Source: Okamejei kenojei (Eukaryota). From it: a DNA stretch of 64,000 nucleotides. The notes under the pieces are model-generated. The model was not told the DNA's origin. It worked only from the letters and a program-made list of their open reading frames with translations, and searched no databases. This document shows positions 1 through 14,581 of this stretch, piece after piece. The position numbers and the translations under genes were made by a program. The DNA is taken from assembly GCA_035221665.1 (NCBI GenBank), contig CM069139.1, forward strand, positions 61,566,001-61,630,000. Reading direction: 5' to 3'. Every line of letters begins with the position of its first letter. Position 1 is the stretch's first letter.

Positions 1-566
1 CACACCTGGAGTATTGCGTACAGTTTTGGTCTCCTAATCTGAGGAAAGACATTCTTGCCATAGAGGGAGTACAGAGAAGGTTCACCAGACTGATTCCTGG
101 GATGTCAGGACTTTCATATGAAGAAAGACTGGATAGACACGGCTTGTACTCGCTAGAATTTATAAGATTGAGGGGGGATCTTATAGAAACTTACAAAATT
201 CTTAAGGGGTTGGACAGGCTAGATGCAGGAAGATTGTTCCCGATGTTGGGGAAGTCCAGAACAAGGGGTCACAGTTTAAGGATAAGGGGGAAGTCTTTTA
301 GGACCGAGATGAGAAAAACATTTTTCACACAGAGAGTGGTGAATCTCTGGAATTATCTGCCACAGAAGGTAGTTGAGGCCAGTTCATTGGCTATATTTAA
401 GAGGGAGTTGGATATGGCCCTTGTGGCTAAGGGGATCAGGGGGTATGGAGAGAAGGCAGGTACGGGACACTGAGTTGAATGATCAGCCATGATCATATTG
501 AATGGCGGTGCAGGCTCGAAGGGCCGAATGGCCTACTCCTGCACCTATTTTCTATATTTCTATGTT
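1..566 (+). mobile_element. CR1 LINE 3' end
   Basis: ORF 102-473 encodes the CR1 ORF2 C-terminus (LRGDLIETYKIL...FFTQRVVNLWN), followed by the 3' UTR gaagggccgaatggcctactcctgcacc and a short tandem tail. Confidence 0.93.
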
Positions 567-574
567 AACCCATA

Positions 575-2156
575 TGAAAATGAAGGAAATTCACGTCAGG
601 AAATGTGTCGGGTAGACTGATGGGACTGAAAGCTGATAAATCCCCAGGGCCTGATGGTCTGTATCCCAGGGTACTCAAGGAGGTGGCTCTAGAAATTTGG
701 ACGCATTGGTGATCATTTTTCAATGTTCTATAGATTCTGGATCAGTTCCTGTGGATTGGAGGGTAGCTAATGTTATCCCACTTTTCAAGAAAGGTGGGAG
801 AGAGAAAGCAGGGAATTATAGACCAGTTAGCCTAACTCATTGGTGGGGAAGATGCTGGAGTCGATTATCAAATATGTAACAGGATCATAGCAGTAACATG
901 ATTGGTCCAAGTCAGCATGGATTTTCGAAGAGGAAATCATGCTTGGCAAATCTGAAATTTTTTGAGGATATAACATGTAAAATGTACAAGGGAGAGCCAG
1001 TGGCTGTAGTGCACCTGGACTTTCAGAAAGCCTTTGATAAGGTCCCACACAGGAGATTAGTGGGTGAAATTAGAGCACATGGTATTGGGGGTAGGGTATT
1101 GACATGGATTGAAAATTGGTTGGCAGACAGGAAACATTAACGGGTCACTTTCAGAATATCAGGCAGAGACTAGTGGGGTGCCGCAAAGCTCTGTGCTGGG
1201 ACCGCAGCTATTTACAATGTACATTAATGATTTAGATGAAGGAATTAAAAGTAACATTAGCAAATTTGCAGATGACACAAAGCTGGGTGGCAGTGTGAAC
1301 TGTGAAGAGAATGATATGAAGATGCAGAGTGACTTGGACAGGTTGGGTGAGTGGGCAAATGAATGGCAGATGCAGTATAGTGTGGATAAATGTGAAGTTA
1401 TCCACTTTGGTGACAAAACAAAAAGGCAGATTATTATCTGAATGGTGTCAGGTTAGGAAAAGGCAAAGTACAACAAGACCTGGGTGTCCTTGTACATGTC
1501 ACTGAAAGTAAGCATAAAAGGTACAACAGGCAGTGAAGAAAGCTTATGGCATGTTGGCCTTCATAACGAGAGGAGTTGAGTATAGGAGCAAAGAGGTCAT
1601 TCTGCAGTTGTACAAGGCCCTGGTGAGACCACACCTGGAGTATTGTGTGCAGATCTGGTCTCCTAATTTGAGGAAGGACATTCTTGCTATTGAGGGAGTG
1701 CAGTGTAGGTTCATGAGGTTAATTCCCAGGATGGCAGGTCTGACATATGATGAAAGAATGGCTTGTATTCACTGGAATTTAGAGGGATGTGAGGGGATCT
1801 TATAGAAACATATAAAATTATTAAGGGATTGGACACACAGATGCAGGAAACATGATCCTGATGTTGGGAGAGTCCAGAACTGGGGGGCAGTTTAAGAATA
1901 AGCGGTAGGCCATTTAGAACTGAGATGAGGTAAAAAGTTTTCACACAGAGAGTTGTGAATTTGTGGAATTCTCTGTCTCAGAAGGCAATGGAGGCCAATT
2001 CATTGGATCCATTGGCCAATTCAAAAGAGAGTTGGAGAGAAGGCAGGAACGGGGTACTGATTGTGGATGTTCAGCAATGATCACTTTGAATAGTGGTGCT
2101 GGCTCGAAGGGCCAAATGGCTTACTCCTGCACATATTGTCTATGTATCTATGTATC
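575..2156 (+). mobile_element. Degenerate 5'-truncated CR1 LINE
   Basis: Frameshifted RT pieces (NYRPVSLT, QHGF, LDFQKAFDKVPH, SGVPQ, FADDTK) and the same 3' UTR as the copy at 1-566. Confidence 0.93.
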
Positions 2157-3612
2157 AAAGCAGAGAAGAAGAACTCATTGAAATTTGCAATCCAACTATT
2201 GGGAGTACACAGAAGCCCTGCGTGTGCTTGAAGATGGGCATCAGCTCAACAACTACAAACCTGCCTACTTCATCAGAAGGGTTTGTGCTTCCTTCATCAG
2301 CCATCTTGGAACCCACAAACCCAGAATGGATGCAAGTCATTAAGTCAACTTTATTGTCATTTGCACAAGTACGGTGAGGTCCAGGTACAGTGAAAATCTT
2401 GTACAAATGAAAGTTTTCTTTGACCCGAAGGACTGCGCAAGATGACAAGTTTAGTGAAGTGCAGGACCAGGGCAGGAAAATTGATCTGACTGGATTGCTC
2501 TTATATATCATTGGTACAAATGTGATGGGCTTTCTACGTGATGGTTATTCCTGTTATCATGTATGTGTAATACAATGGATGGCTCGATTGTAATCATGTG
2601 CTGTCTTTCTGCTGACTGGACAGATGCAACTAAAGTGTACCTCAGTACATGTGGTGATAAGCTAAACTAAAACTATTCTGTGATGTACAAATCCCTTTGC
2701 TGTTAAACCATAACCCCAAAATATTCTCTGAAATAAACATTATTATACGTGGTTCTGAATATCAAAACATCTTTGCATCCTTTATGCCTTCTAGCACTAC
2801 CAGAGGTTCAGATGGCAGGAAAAGCACAAAAATATTTGTCATGACAAACTAAATATTCAAAAACAACTCGCAGACAATTCACTGCCTGCTGGTGAGATTC
2901 CACAGAAATAATTTCTTTCCATTCTAGGATTTTTTTTTTAATTTGACTGATACTTTAGGACAATAAATCATGTTATTAACAGGATCCTTCAGACACAAAT
3001 TACCTGCTGTAGCATTAGTGTGGTGAACTGGCATTGGCTAATCCAGCAAATCCACGACTAATTTAAATGACAGGTTTAGTCATGTTGAAATTTCTTGGTT
3101 TTGTTGGGGCTGGTGGCAGTGCCATAAATCATTAAATAACCCATTGATAATGAGAACACAGGTTGTATCCCCCCACCTCATAACAGATTTATAGGCAGAT
3201 AAAATTATAGTTCATCATTACTTTCCTGAATATTCTGGAACTTTATCAATTTCTTCAGTTATCAAATTATCTTTCTGTAATTCTGACCAAATTTAATTGA
3301 GGCACTAATTTATTTGAAACAGAAAAGACTAGACGCCTCAGGATTGAATCTGTTGTGTAACCTGAGGGCTATGTTACACTTTGTATTGGAAAATGTATTG
3401 TTGTGCTGCAGAATGAGTGTTGTGTTCATTTATGAACAACCAAATATAACTTCCAATGGGATAACCGTTTAAATATATTTCAAGCTACTGTTCCGAATTC
3501 TTGCTGAGTTTTAATCTCTTAATATGCCATTAGTAACATCTGTTTCATAAAAGTCTGTCATATTGAAACAAAGAATGACATTTCAAATTATGCTGAAGCT
3601 CATCTTGCAATT

Positions 3613-3925
3613 TTTAGTTTAGTTTAGCTTAGAGATACAACGTAGAAACAGGCCCTTTGGCCCACCGGGTCTGCGCCGACCAGGGATCCCCGCACATTAA
3701 CACTACCCTACACACACTAGGGACAATTTGCATTTATACCAAGCCAATTAACCTACAATCCTGAACGTCTTCGGAGTGTGGGAGGAAATCGAAAATCTCG
3801 GAGAAAACCCAAGTGGTCACGGGAAGAACGGAAAAAACGTTGTACAGACAGCACCCGTAGTCGGGATCGAACCCGGGTCTCCGACGCTGCATGCGCTGCG
3901 AGGCAGCAACTCTACCGCTGTGCGC
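3613..3925 (-). mobile_element. tRNA-derived V-SINE-type SINE (HE1-like)
   Basis: On the minus strand: tRNA-like head with a GGTTCGATCCC B-box, central ...ttcctcccacactccgaagac core, CR1-like tail and (TAAAC)n end. Confidence 0.85.
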
Positions 3926-6354
3926 CTCTCTTCTCCCTTTCATCATGTTGTGCAGTTTTCTACCTTTGCACATGTTTTCTGTATAGAATAATTCTGATAT
4001 CTATCTAATGCTCAAACATGAGTTCTCGTGAGAATGACTAGTTATGTAAATACAAAGAGTTTGGAGAACAAGATGTGGAATTGATCAAAAAGCTGGGGGA
4101 GGCCAGAGCAAGAATACATATATTTTATACATAAAGCCTAAAATGTAATTAAAAAAGAGGGCATAACCTGAAAAGAGTTATATTGTTCAGGGGAGATTGC
4201 AGGATTAGAGCAGAGTAACTGAACCCAACAAGATATAATTATAATATAATTATAATATCCCAATCACATTGATAATTCTGATTAAATATTTGGGTTTTGA
4301 TTGGGTTTGACTGTCATGCCAGTTCAGCTCAGTGTATGTTTGAATGTTTGGCTGAGTATTACCACAAGTAAATAACAGGTATATAGTGACGTTTACATGG
4401 GTTGTGTTGGGAGAAATAAGGAAAAACTCATTTGTAAAAAGGCCCTGTGCTGTAGTAACTCACAAGTCAGGCAGCATCTTTGGAGGACACAGATTGGCGA
4501 CGTTTCGGTCAGGACATTTCTTCTGTCTGATTGCAGTAGGTTGGAGTGGTGCTCAATCAGGTTTGGTTTTATTATGGCATGATAGGGTTGGGAGCAGGTG
4601 ATAGTTTTCTACCTCAGGAGCTCTCTAGTGAAAAGGCAGTTTTTTTTACATAATTTTTTAACATAAAATATAACAGAAATCTGAAACCTCACTCTCTGAA
4701 ATAGATGGTGATGCTTAAAGTAAGGTATTTTATATGCTCGAAATCTGAAATTAAACAAGGTTCTGGAAATACCTAACAAGTCAAGCAAAATTTATGGAGA
4801 GAAAACATTTCATATTAATGTATTTTTATCAGATTTTCTCATAACTTAGCAGCCTTACTTTTTAAGCATTTGAAGTATATTTAGGTGAGAGATTTAAGAG
4901 TTCTGAAAATGATAATTAGAGAAAGGGAGAGTGAACGCTGGCGCGTTTGGCTGCCGCTGTTCTCTCTTTGAATTGTGTCTTGTCCCTACTATTTTTGTTT
5001 TGTAATTTGTTTTATTCTGCTTATATGTTTTGTAATCTGCTTATTAAATTTTGTAAGGCGTCCTTGAGAGTCTTTGATAAGGCGCCCATAAGTATAATGT
5101 ATAAATAAATAAATAAAAAACAATAACCTCCATCATAAACCAAAAATAACTCAAAGGTGTCATTCAGAATTTGAATCATAGTTGAATCCAAATAAAAGGG
5201 TCGTTAGTTTGTCAAGAAGTATTTTGCTAAGATTATCCCTGATTAAACAAAAAGCACTCTTGTCATATATATACTTCAGCTTAATTACACACCAGGGCCT
5301 AAATTTACATATTGTACAAATATGATCCTTCACATAAGGCATTAGTGAATGAAAGATGATTTGGTGAAATAACCAAGTTTAACATGTTAAAAATAGCTAT
5401 ATGAAGTAACTTTACTGCCTTCAGAAAGCATGAGATTTGCTTAATAAAATGACTTTTAATTCAATGAAGCAATGGCAATCATCATTGTTAAGAAGACATC
5501 AGCATTGGTATGCTCACTTATCTAAGGCACTCCTGTATGTGTTCTTCAAAAGGTAACCAAACTAAAGCTACTAATCATTTAAACCAAAACAGATACTGTA
5601 TTGAAGCTCAAATTTGGTTTATCTGAAGCTTTAGATGTTTAGGAAGCTTTGGATGTTTAGAAAATAACTGTAATAATCTGGAAGTTATCCCATGAAATAA
5701 ATGGCATAAAATTAATATAAAGGTATTTTCGGCTAACTGATAATTAAATAAATGTACAAAGGAAATATAAATGGAGTTCAAGATGACGGCTCAAATTGGC
5801 TGGGTTAAGCCAGTAGTTCGGATTGTAATGTTTTAAACTATTTTCAAATTTTTACCTGTTTAATTAATGAGATTTGTTAAGCAATGCTCATAAGTTACTT
5901 CAATTTGAATAGTTTAAAAATTTCTTTGGATACCAAAGACTTTTGAAAGACACCACCTGAATGACTAATGAAGTTGATTTTATTCTTCCATCTCCTTTCC
6001 CTCTTTCAGTTTGCGGCCAATAGGCCAGGCAGCATCCGTGGAGGAAAATGTACAGAATATTAGTGCAAGTCGGTGCCTGATGCTCAGCACAGATTCAGTA
6101 ACTCAAAGGGCCTGTTTCTATATTGAATGAGTCTATGACAAATTGAAAGAGATGGTGTTACATACGTACACCACTTAAGACCCTTTTAAAAGTTGCACAT
6201 TATGTGATAACTTCTTTGAAACAAGCCTTTGAAAGCAAGTCCAAGCCTTCTATTGTGGTCTGTAACTTACCCAGAAATACAATCTGTCAACCAGAAACAA
6301 TATTGGATACAATTCACTGCTCACAAGGTTCCTTTTATCATAATCTGCTTTGCT

Positions 6355-7905
6355 AGGAACATAGAACAGTAGAGCACAGGAACAATCCCCTCAACCAACA
6401 ATGTTTGTGCAGAACATGACGACCAGCTGAATTGATCTCATCTGCTTGCAAGTGATCCATATCCCTCCCTTCTCTGCAAATCCATGTGCCTATCTAAAAG
6501 CTACTTAAATGCCACTATCGTATCTGCCTCCACCGGCATCCCTGCAATGTGTTCCCACCGCCCTCTGTGTAAAAAAACTTGCCCCGTACATCTCCATCAT
6601 ATTTTCCCTCTCTCACCTTATAGTTGTGCCCTCTAGAGTTCGGTATTTCCACCCTAGGAGAAGGTTCTGACTGTCTATCCTGTCTATGCCTCATAATTTT
6701 ATACACTTCTATCAAGTCTTCCCTCAACCTCCAATGTTCCAGAGAAAACAATCTGAGTCTATCCAAAGTCCCCCTGTAGCTGAAATCTTCTAATCCAGGC
6801 AGCATTCCGGTAAACTTCCTCTGTACCCTCTCCAAAGCTTCCACATCATTCCTGTCATGAGGTGACTGGAACTGCATGCAATACTCCAAATGCAGCCTAA
6901 CCAAAGTCCTGCAAAGCTGCATCAAGGCTTCTTGACCCTCATATTCAATGCCCCCAGCAATGAAGGCAAGTATACCTTATGTGGTATTTACTACCGTATC
7001 TACATGAACTTCGACTTCAAGATCCCTCTGCACATCAATGCTGTTAAGGGTCTTGCCATTAATTGTACACTCTCTCCTTATATTGAAACTCCTCAAGTGC
7101 AAACCTCATACTTGCTTGGGTTAAACTCCATTTGCCATTTTTCCACCCATTTCTGCAGCTGATCTATATCTCGCTGCATCTTCTGGCAGTATACCTCACT
7201 GTCTGTAACTCTTCCAAGTTTTGGTGTCAAACTTTTTCACCAACACATCTACATTTCTGTACAAGTCATTTATATATATCACAAACTGCAGAGGTCCCTG
7301 CGGAACTCCACCGGTCAAAGACCTCCAGCCAGATTATCTATCTTCCGCCACAACCCTCTGTCTTCTATGAATAAGCCAGTTTTGAATCTATACAACCAAG
7401 TCATCGTGAATCCCGTATATCTTAACCTTCTGGATCAGCCTACCATGAACGACCAAATTAAAAGCCTTTCTAAAATCCATGTATACAACATCCACCACGC
7501 TACCTTAATTGATCTCCTTTGTCACCTCCTCAAAAAACTCAATCAAGTTAGTGACCTGTCACGTACAAAGCTGTGCTGACTATCCCTAATTAGCCCATTC
7601 TCTTCCAAAGGGGAGTAAATCCTATCTTGAAGAATTATTTCCAATAGTTTCCCTACCACTGACGTCAGGTTCACAGGACTATAGTTCCCTGGATTTTCTC
7701 TACTTCCTTTCTTTAACAAAGGAACAACATTGGCCACTCTCCATTCCTCTAGGATCTAGCCTGTGACTAGAGAAGAAACAAAGGTGCTCGTTAAGGCTTC
7801 GGAATCTGCTCTCTTGCCTCCCTCAATAACCCTAGGATAGATCCTGTCAGACCCTGAGGACTTACCCACCTGAATGTTCTTCGAGAGCCTCAGCACCAAC
7901 TCGTT
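6355..7905 (-). mobile_element. Degenerate CR1 LINE
   Basis: Minus-strand ORFs 7543-7737 (NVVPLLKKGSRENPGNY) and 6515-6925 (LVRLHLEYC...LREDLIEVYKIM). Confidence 0.9.
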
Positions 7906-8034
7906 CCCGATCTTATATTAGGAGAAATATAATCATATGTGCTCAAATGCAAAAGATGTTGCAACTAAATGAGATTCCAAATTTTGCCAGTTCTTTATTA
8001 AGTAACATCACCCCCTTCAAGTTGTCAGTTATTC

Positions 8035-8295
8035 AATATGGAAACAGGCCCTTTGGACTACTGAATCTGCGCTGATCATCTGACCACTTGCACTAAAACA
8101 TTCTGATTACCATTTTACTTAAACTCACCTCACATTCCCATCTCCAGTGGCCAATCTTTAGAATGCGGGAGGAAAACTGGAACATCCAAAGGAAACCCAT
8201 GCAGTGTCAGAGAGGATATGCAAACACCTGCACAGATAGCCATCAAGGCTAGGATTAAGCCTATCGGCAGGAGATGTACTATTTAGCTTTACTGC
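8035..8295 (-). mobile_element. Old degenerate SINE, same superfamily
   Basis: ggaaacaggccctttgg tail and tctttagaatgcgggaggaaaactggaacatcc core remnants. Confidence 0.6.
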
Positions 8296-11200
8296 TCTTC
8301 TGGATAGTAATTTGTATTAATATCAAACAAATGCCTATGTTAAAGATGATCTGATTCCAACCCAATAAAACACATGGATGCACTTCAGTGCTAGAGATCA
8401 TGGCCATCAGCAGATGGAGCAGATTCACAGCACAGCTGCTAAATATCTCTAAGCTTTGGGTAAAATAAACATATTTTAATTTTGATTAGTCTACCCTGGT
8501 CCTTTTCTATATACTAGATGATTCCATTTACCTTATATAACATTTCATGACTTAGAAAAACTGGACCGAGGTGTGATTACAATTTAGAAACTACCAAAGC
8601 AACCTTTTGCTAGATGCTCCAATACTTAACAGAACATGTGGTAATGCTGCTCAGCATTGGATAGTACTGTGAACTATCTCTACATCTTTCTTGAATGCTT
8701 CCCATGCTCAGACACTAATTTACATGCTTCTTTTAATAACTATTTGTCAAATGACAACTGACCGAGTAAAATTGATTTTTCTCCATGCACTGTTCCATAA
8801 TTATGCAAAATCAAACTGCCTGAAAATCACTCCCGTTGATGCCATTTCCATCCAGCCCTGCTTGATTTCCGAAAGTCAAAAGCTTCCCCATAGTTTGTTG
8901 CGCTTACTAAAATACACCCTAGAATTAACTACTCTCTTTCTGGGCTTCAAGAATTTTGGATCCTCTACAATTATCCCTCGTGATTCAATGTTTAAGTTTC
9001 CAAATATTCTGCACCTGTGCTGTGACATTCTAGCCTCTGACGCTTCATATCAACCTGACATTTTGTCTTGGGTGATATGAAACTCCTGTCATAGGATTAC
9101 CCACCTGTTTTCCTTTCCTATCTAATCCACTTCATCAACATTTTCCTGACTCCCCTCTTGCACCTTATGCTGCAGAGCTGCCAATGGTGCCACAGACCTG
9201 GCTCTGGCTGGCCTCTCCAGAGGAACCCTTGTCCTCCACCTACTGGATGGATTAGAGAACACAACGCACATATTTCTTCTATATTTCTGGGTTTCCACAT
9301 ATATCTGGAATTCACCCTTTCCCGCTCAACCTGCAACCTTGAACGGCAGAGGGACATTGCCTATATATCTTCAGGATAAGCTTCTCTAGTTTCAAAATTC
9401 GGCACTCAAGCCTTCAGATCCATCATACACAGCAAGTGCATTGAATGAATTTAGTGCCTTTTAATTAAAAAAATAAACAAAATTGAATGAAAAGAAAACC
9501 ATTCCCCAGCTACTTACCAATCAGTTCCATCTCTTGCATTGACGACACCTGAGATTCTTTCGCCTCTCCTTGATTGCGGTGTTCACTTCAAACCTTCAAT
9601 TACTTGATTGACTTAAAGTTATAGGTTGATCACTCACTTCTCTCACCAATGCCTGCCTGCTCACCAATTACCTGGTAGCTTTTATTTCTCCTTCCTGCTC
9701 ACAGATGCTCACTGGCTACTATTTATGTTCAAGGTTCATCTGTTGCACTCTGCCCTGCCTCTTTTCATCTCACATAATTCAATACAGCAGGCTAATCATT
9801 TCCTTTTGCTCTCTCCTCTCATGCTCAATTTCTCTGATATTTTCTGTTACTTTTGAAAAACATTCTCTGTTTTCTTTGTTCCTTTAATTTAGAAAGCCTC
9901 TGATTTTTCTCAAGCTTCAACCTCTGTGAGATATTTTTGTGCATTGAAGGGATTAAAATCAAAATCTAATTGGTTAAGAAACTGTTCCAATAAATGTTTT
10001 TGCTTCATCCAATCAGGAGGTGGATCATTGAAGTTTACAGTTTACAGTTTTCCAGTGATAAGACACATTTCGTATGCATTTCTCTGCATGATTAGCCAGA
10101 GCAAATACAAAGAACAAAATAGGCTGACTCATTCACGAGCGGGTAAGTAAACTTGCAGGCAGTACTCCAAGAATTAACAAAATGCCCACAGAACACAGTT
10201 AATACCTCTTCCCATTTAATTACTGAATTTAGTACCATGCAAGAAATCCCAATTGACCAAGCAGTAATAGTTCAGAACGGTTGCAACTTCTTCCAGACCT
10301 GTTTTTCTAAGTGGTGAATTTTATATTTATCTGCTACAGGATGTTTCTTTAACAAAAACTTCAGCATGTTTTTTTCACCCTCTGCTTTGGTTACTGAACA
10401 AAAAAGTTTCACGTTGACATCCCACTTTTGCGTAATTGTTTTTCAGTAGATCCACCCATTTACTTTCCAGTATCTCAAATATAGCAGTCAGAAACATCTG
10501 GCAAATAATAATGGCAATGTAGAAAGCCTATTGTTATGGAAAATAAATTCCTCGTGTACATGTTCAATTCCCAAACTAATACAATCAAGTGCTGACATTT
10601 TCACATTGTCGCTTCACCATGTTTCTGAACAAAGTATGCACACTTGCAACGGTAAATGGAAACTGGCTGTGAACAGAAAAAATGGTGCACAAAGAAGCTT
10701 GGGTAGTAACTGGATTGTCGATTTGTGGCATTAGGGGGCAGCATTAAGAAGGAAAAACAAAACAGCTTAAAGAAAACAAACTTCCCAATTTATTCTGCAA
10801 CTAACCATTAATCAACAAACAAGATGCCAAACGAATCATTCCCACAACATACAGTACTCACCCGTTATCCCCTAACCTCATTAATAAGCTTATACTTGAC
10901 CCAATTGAGTTTACTTTATGAAGTGAAAGAAGACATGGTCCTGGCAAAGAACAATGAATGTGAATGTGCTGTGAGGTGTTTTTAAAAAAAATATTCAAGT
11001 GATAAGAAAGGTGAAGATGCATAATTTAGTCTTTCACAAATTTGGGACAGTAAAATTAAGTAGAAAAAATATCACCATTATCATTGTGATATTACTAATT
11101 ACAAGGAATACATACTATGACAAGGAAAACAAGATAAATGTATTATTATAAGAAACTGCAACTTAAAATAGGAATTTTAGCTTCTTACTGTCATTCAGTG

Positions 11201-12086
11201 AACTGTCATTCTCATTTGAAATATGATATTTTGTTCAATATTGCATAAGTAAGTAAGCTTTATATTTGCTTTCCATTTTAAATTAATTAAGCGATGCTAA
11301 GTTTCTGCTACTTATTGCCCATCCCTGTTCCTTTAGGTGGTGGTAATTCGCATTTCATAATCATGCTGATTTTTTTAGGTAATTCTAGTGACCATAATAA
11401 TGAAATGGCAAATAGATATGCCAGGTTAGTATATGATTCAGAAATGTACATGGATGTGTTCATTCATGCCTATTACTTCTCTCCTTTCAGATTGCGGAGA
11501 CTGGAAGGCTGAGGGGATGTTGTCAAAGACAACTGGACAAATTATAGACTATCCCCAGCTGACAAATTAGCTCCCTTATTATTGATGCCCAGATCAATTT
11601 TGTTCATAAGTTGAAAAGTACACAAAAAAAATTCAGTTAACCACACATCTGGATTATTCAATATTCAAATATTCATATAATCTCACATCTGGAAACCGAC
11701 TCTCAAACCAATATTTGGAATATGGCCGGAATTAGGTCTGGTCCCAAATGACCCTTACATCACAGTGCGATAATATGTGACAACACATGACAACACCTTC
11801 ATAACCTTTCTGATAATTATCACATTGACTTTGCACTATTTTGTGGCTAGGACATAGGCTATATTTTGTAGACACAATATATCAAGGCAATTTTCCATGT
11901 TGTTGTGTAGATCTCATTGTTATAAGAATTGAAGTAAATGAGGCCTCCCACTCATTGGATCAGAGCCCCTTAATTTCCTCTATTGTTTTAATGCAAGAAT
12001 ATATTCTGGGAATGTTGAGGAAAACCCACCCCTTTTTACAACATTTTCAAAATCTCGGTACTACAGGCAATTTTCTGGAACTTTAT

Positions 12087-12390
12087 AGCCCTGTCCCACG
12101 GTACGAGTTCATTCCAAGAGCTCACCCGAGTTTAAAAAAAATCAAACTCGTGGTAAGCACGGAGAATGAATGTAGCAGGTACGTCGGAGCTCGGGGACGT
12201 CTCTTAGCGGTTCGTAACGCTAACGGCAGGTACTCGGGAAGACTCGTTAACGGCAGGCAAGCACGGGAAGACTCGTGAAGATTTTTCAACGTTGAAAAAT
12301 GTTCACGAGAGCCCCGAGTACCGACGAGTGGTCATTACTGTAAATCTCCGAGTTAGAATCAGGGCAAACTCGGGAGAATCAGGGCAAACT
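12087..12390. mobile_element. Partial non-autonomous DNA transposon (one CCTGTCCCAC-type end)
   Basis: Starts tatagccctgtcccacgg, the same terminal motif as the MITEs at 14582, 28334 and 56806. CpG-rich interior. No clear second end. Confidence 0.55.
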
Positions 12391-13034
12391 TTATAGTTAA
12401 ACATCAACGTTCTTCTCTTATCTCACCACCACTCTCTCCGCCAGCACTGAACCTCTGAAAATTTGTTTAATTCCTAGTGCTGAGATATATTTGAGATGTG
12501 TAAAACTGTGCTCACAAATTATCCTTTTGGAAAAAATAAATAAGCTATTTACCTATCGCTAGGTGCACAATTACTGATAAAGGCAGGCAGGGATGAATTT
12601 CTGTAAGGTTTGTTCCAAGTCCATTACGTCGTTACTGTTACTTCCTAATTGTTGGTATGAAACCACACCAATGATCAACACAAAGTTCTGGAATAATAGC
12701 CCTGTCAAAAAGTGAACACATGGTGCTGGAGTTACACAAAGACGCAGCAGAAATTTGGAAACGTCACCCCGTCACCCATTCCTTCTCTCCAGAGATGCTG
12801 CCTGGCTGCTGAGTCAAAGAGTGCCCATGGTAGACTCACGAGTCACTAAGGTAAACTCACAGGCCACTACGTTATTACAACGAGTTTAAATGTTTCAATT
12901 TTTAACTAGAACAGTAAATTTGACTCGTGGAAAACCTCAAACATGTTTGAATTTTTTCAAGAGTTAACAAGTTTCACGGGTACCTGCTGGAAATGCTGCA
13001 GGACCCTCTGGGTTACTCCAGCACTACTTTAGAG

Positions 13035-13343
13035 TCTTTACTTTAGAGATACAGGGCGGAAACAAGTCCTTCAGCCCACCAAGCCCATGCTGTCCAGTGA
13101 TCACCCCGTACACTCGCACTATCCTGCATACCAGGGACAATTTACAATTTTAACCAAAGTCAATTAACTTACACACCTGTACATCTTTGGAGTGTGGGAG
13201 GAAACCAGAGCACCTGGAGAAAACTCACACGGTCGCGGGGAGAATATATGAACTCCGTACAGACAACACCCGTATTCAGGATCGAACCCGAGTCTCTGGT
13301 GCCGTAAGGTAGCAACTCTACCGCTGCGTCACTGTGCCACCCT
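13035..13343 (-). mobile_element. V-SINE-type SINE
   Basis: Collinear with the copy at 3613-3925. Confidence 0.85.
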
Positions 13344-14331
13344 CTTTTATTTGGATAACTGTACCTGCAGTTTCTTGTGTCTGATTACACATTTGGAAGA
13401 GTAGCCTTAAGGAATTACCATAAGGGCAATTCTATTGAGTTGAAGTGAATGAAAAAGATTCAGATTCACCCAGGCCCCTGCTGCAAATCCCTTGAAGCCA
13501 CCCACCTAAATATGTGCAATCAGCACGTTTGCACGCCGACTGTGAGGAAATAGTCACAACGGGTTTAAGAGGCAATTTTCATAAAGTCATCTCATCAGCC
13601 CTAATCAATTTTCCTTCTACCATCAACTTCATAACCTTTAGACTTCCCAATAATGGATCCGGTTGCTGCTTAAAAACAGTAAACATATTTTGTTTCAAAG
13701 TCCTGCTTTGTCCTTTTTAGGGTTATGTTCTGCCTGGCTTCAGATGAGGTATCAAAACAAAAACAGTACAGGCAGCTCCATGAAAAACCTTAAGACAGTT
13801 AACCATGTTTCAATAATTCAAATAGCATGAGCATTCTAAACAATGTTTCACGATGGAGTCTTTGCTCAGTGCTGCTATTCTCAATAGCCAAATACAGATC
13901 AATCGCAAACCATTCACCACCTTTTTTGTTTAAAATCTCTTTTTCTCTGGAACAAAGCATGAAAAACCTTAATTTCAGTTTCACAAAAATGGAACAACAA
14001 CAACAACAAAGGGATATGGCTAAGCAGGGCCGGCCTTAAGCCGATTGGACCGATCGCTCCCAATTGGGCTCCGCGCTAGAGTAATCCAAAGCTCCACTCT
14101 AGGATCTTTGGAGTAATCTACTCTTGGCTCAAGGTAGATCTACCCCGGGTGGAGGGGGGAGAGAGGGGTGGAGAGAGAGTATGGGGTGGCGGGGGAAGGA
14201 AGGAGTAGATGGGGAGGGGGGTGCGAGGGGGAATGGAGAAGGGGGAGAGGGGGAGGTCCTTGGCCTCAGCTCACACGCGTTCGCCAGGATCCCGGCATCC
14301 GCTCCCGCCGCCAGCCCTCTCCCTCCCTTCT

Positions 14332-14519
14332 NNNNNNNNNNNNNNNNNNNNNNNNNNNNNNNNNNNNNNNNNNNNNNNNNNNNNNNNNNNNNNNNNNNNN
14401 NNNNNNNNNNNNNNNNNNNNNNNNNNNNNNNNNNNNNNNNNNNNNNNNNNNNNNNNNNNNNNNNNNNNNNNNNNNNNNNNNNNNNNNNNNNNNNNNNNNN
14501 NNNNNNNNNNNNNNNNNNN
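14332..14519. other. Assembly gap (N run)
   Basis: Run of n characters. Confidence 1.
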
Positions 14520-14581
14520 CAGGATCTACTTAATTAAGTTACTTTTTATCATTTCAGTCACTAAAACAAGTGGTATTGTAA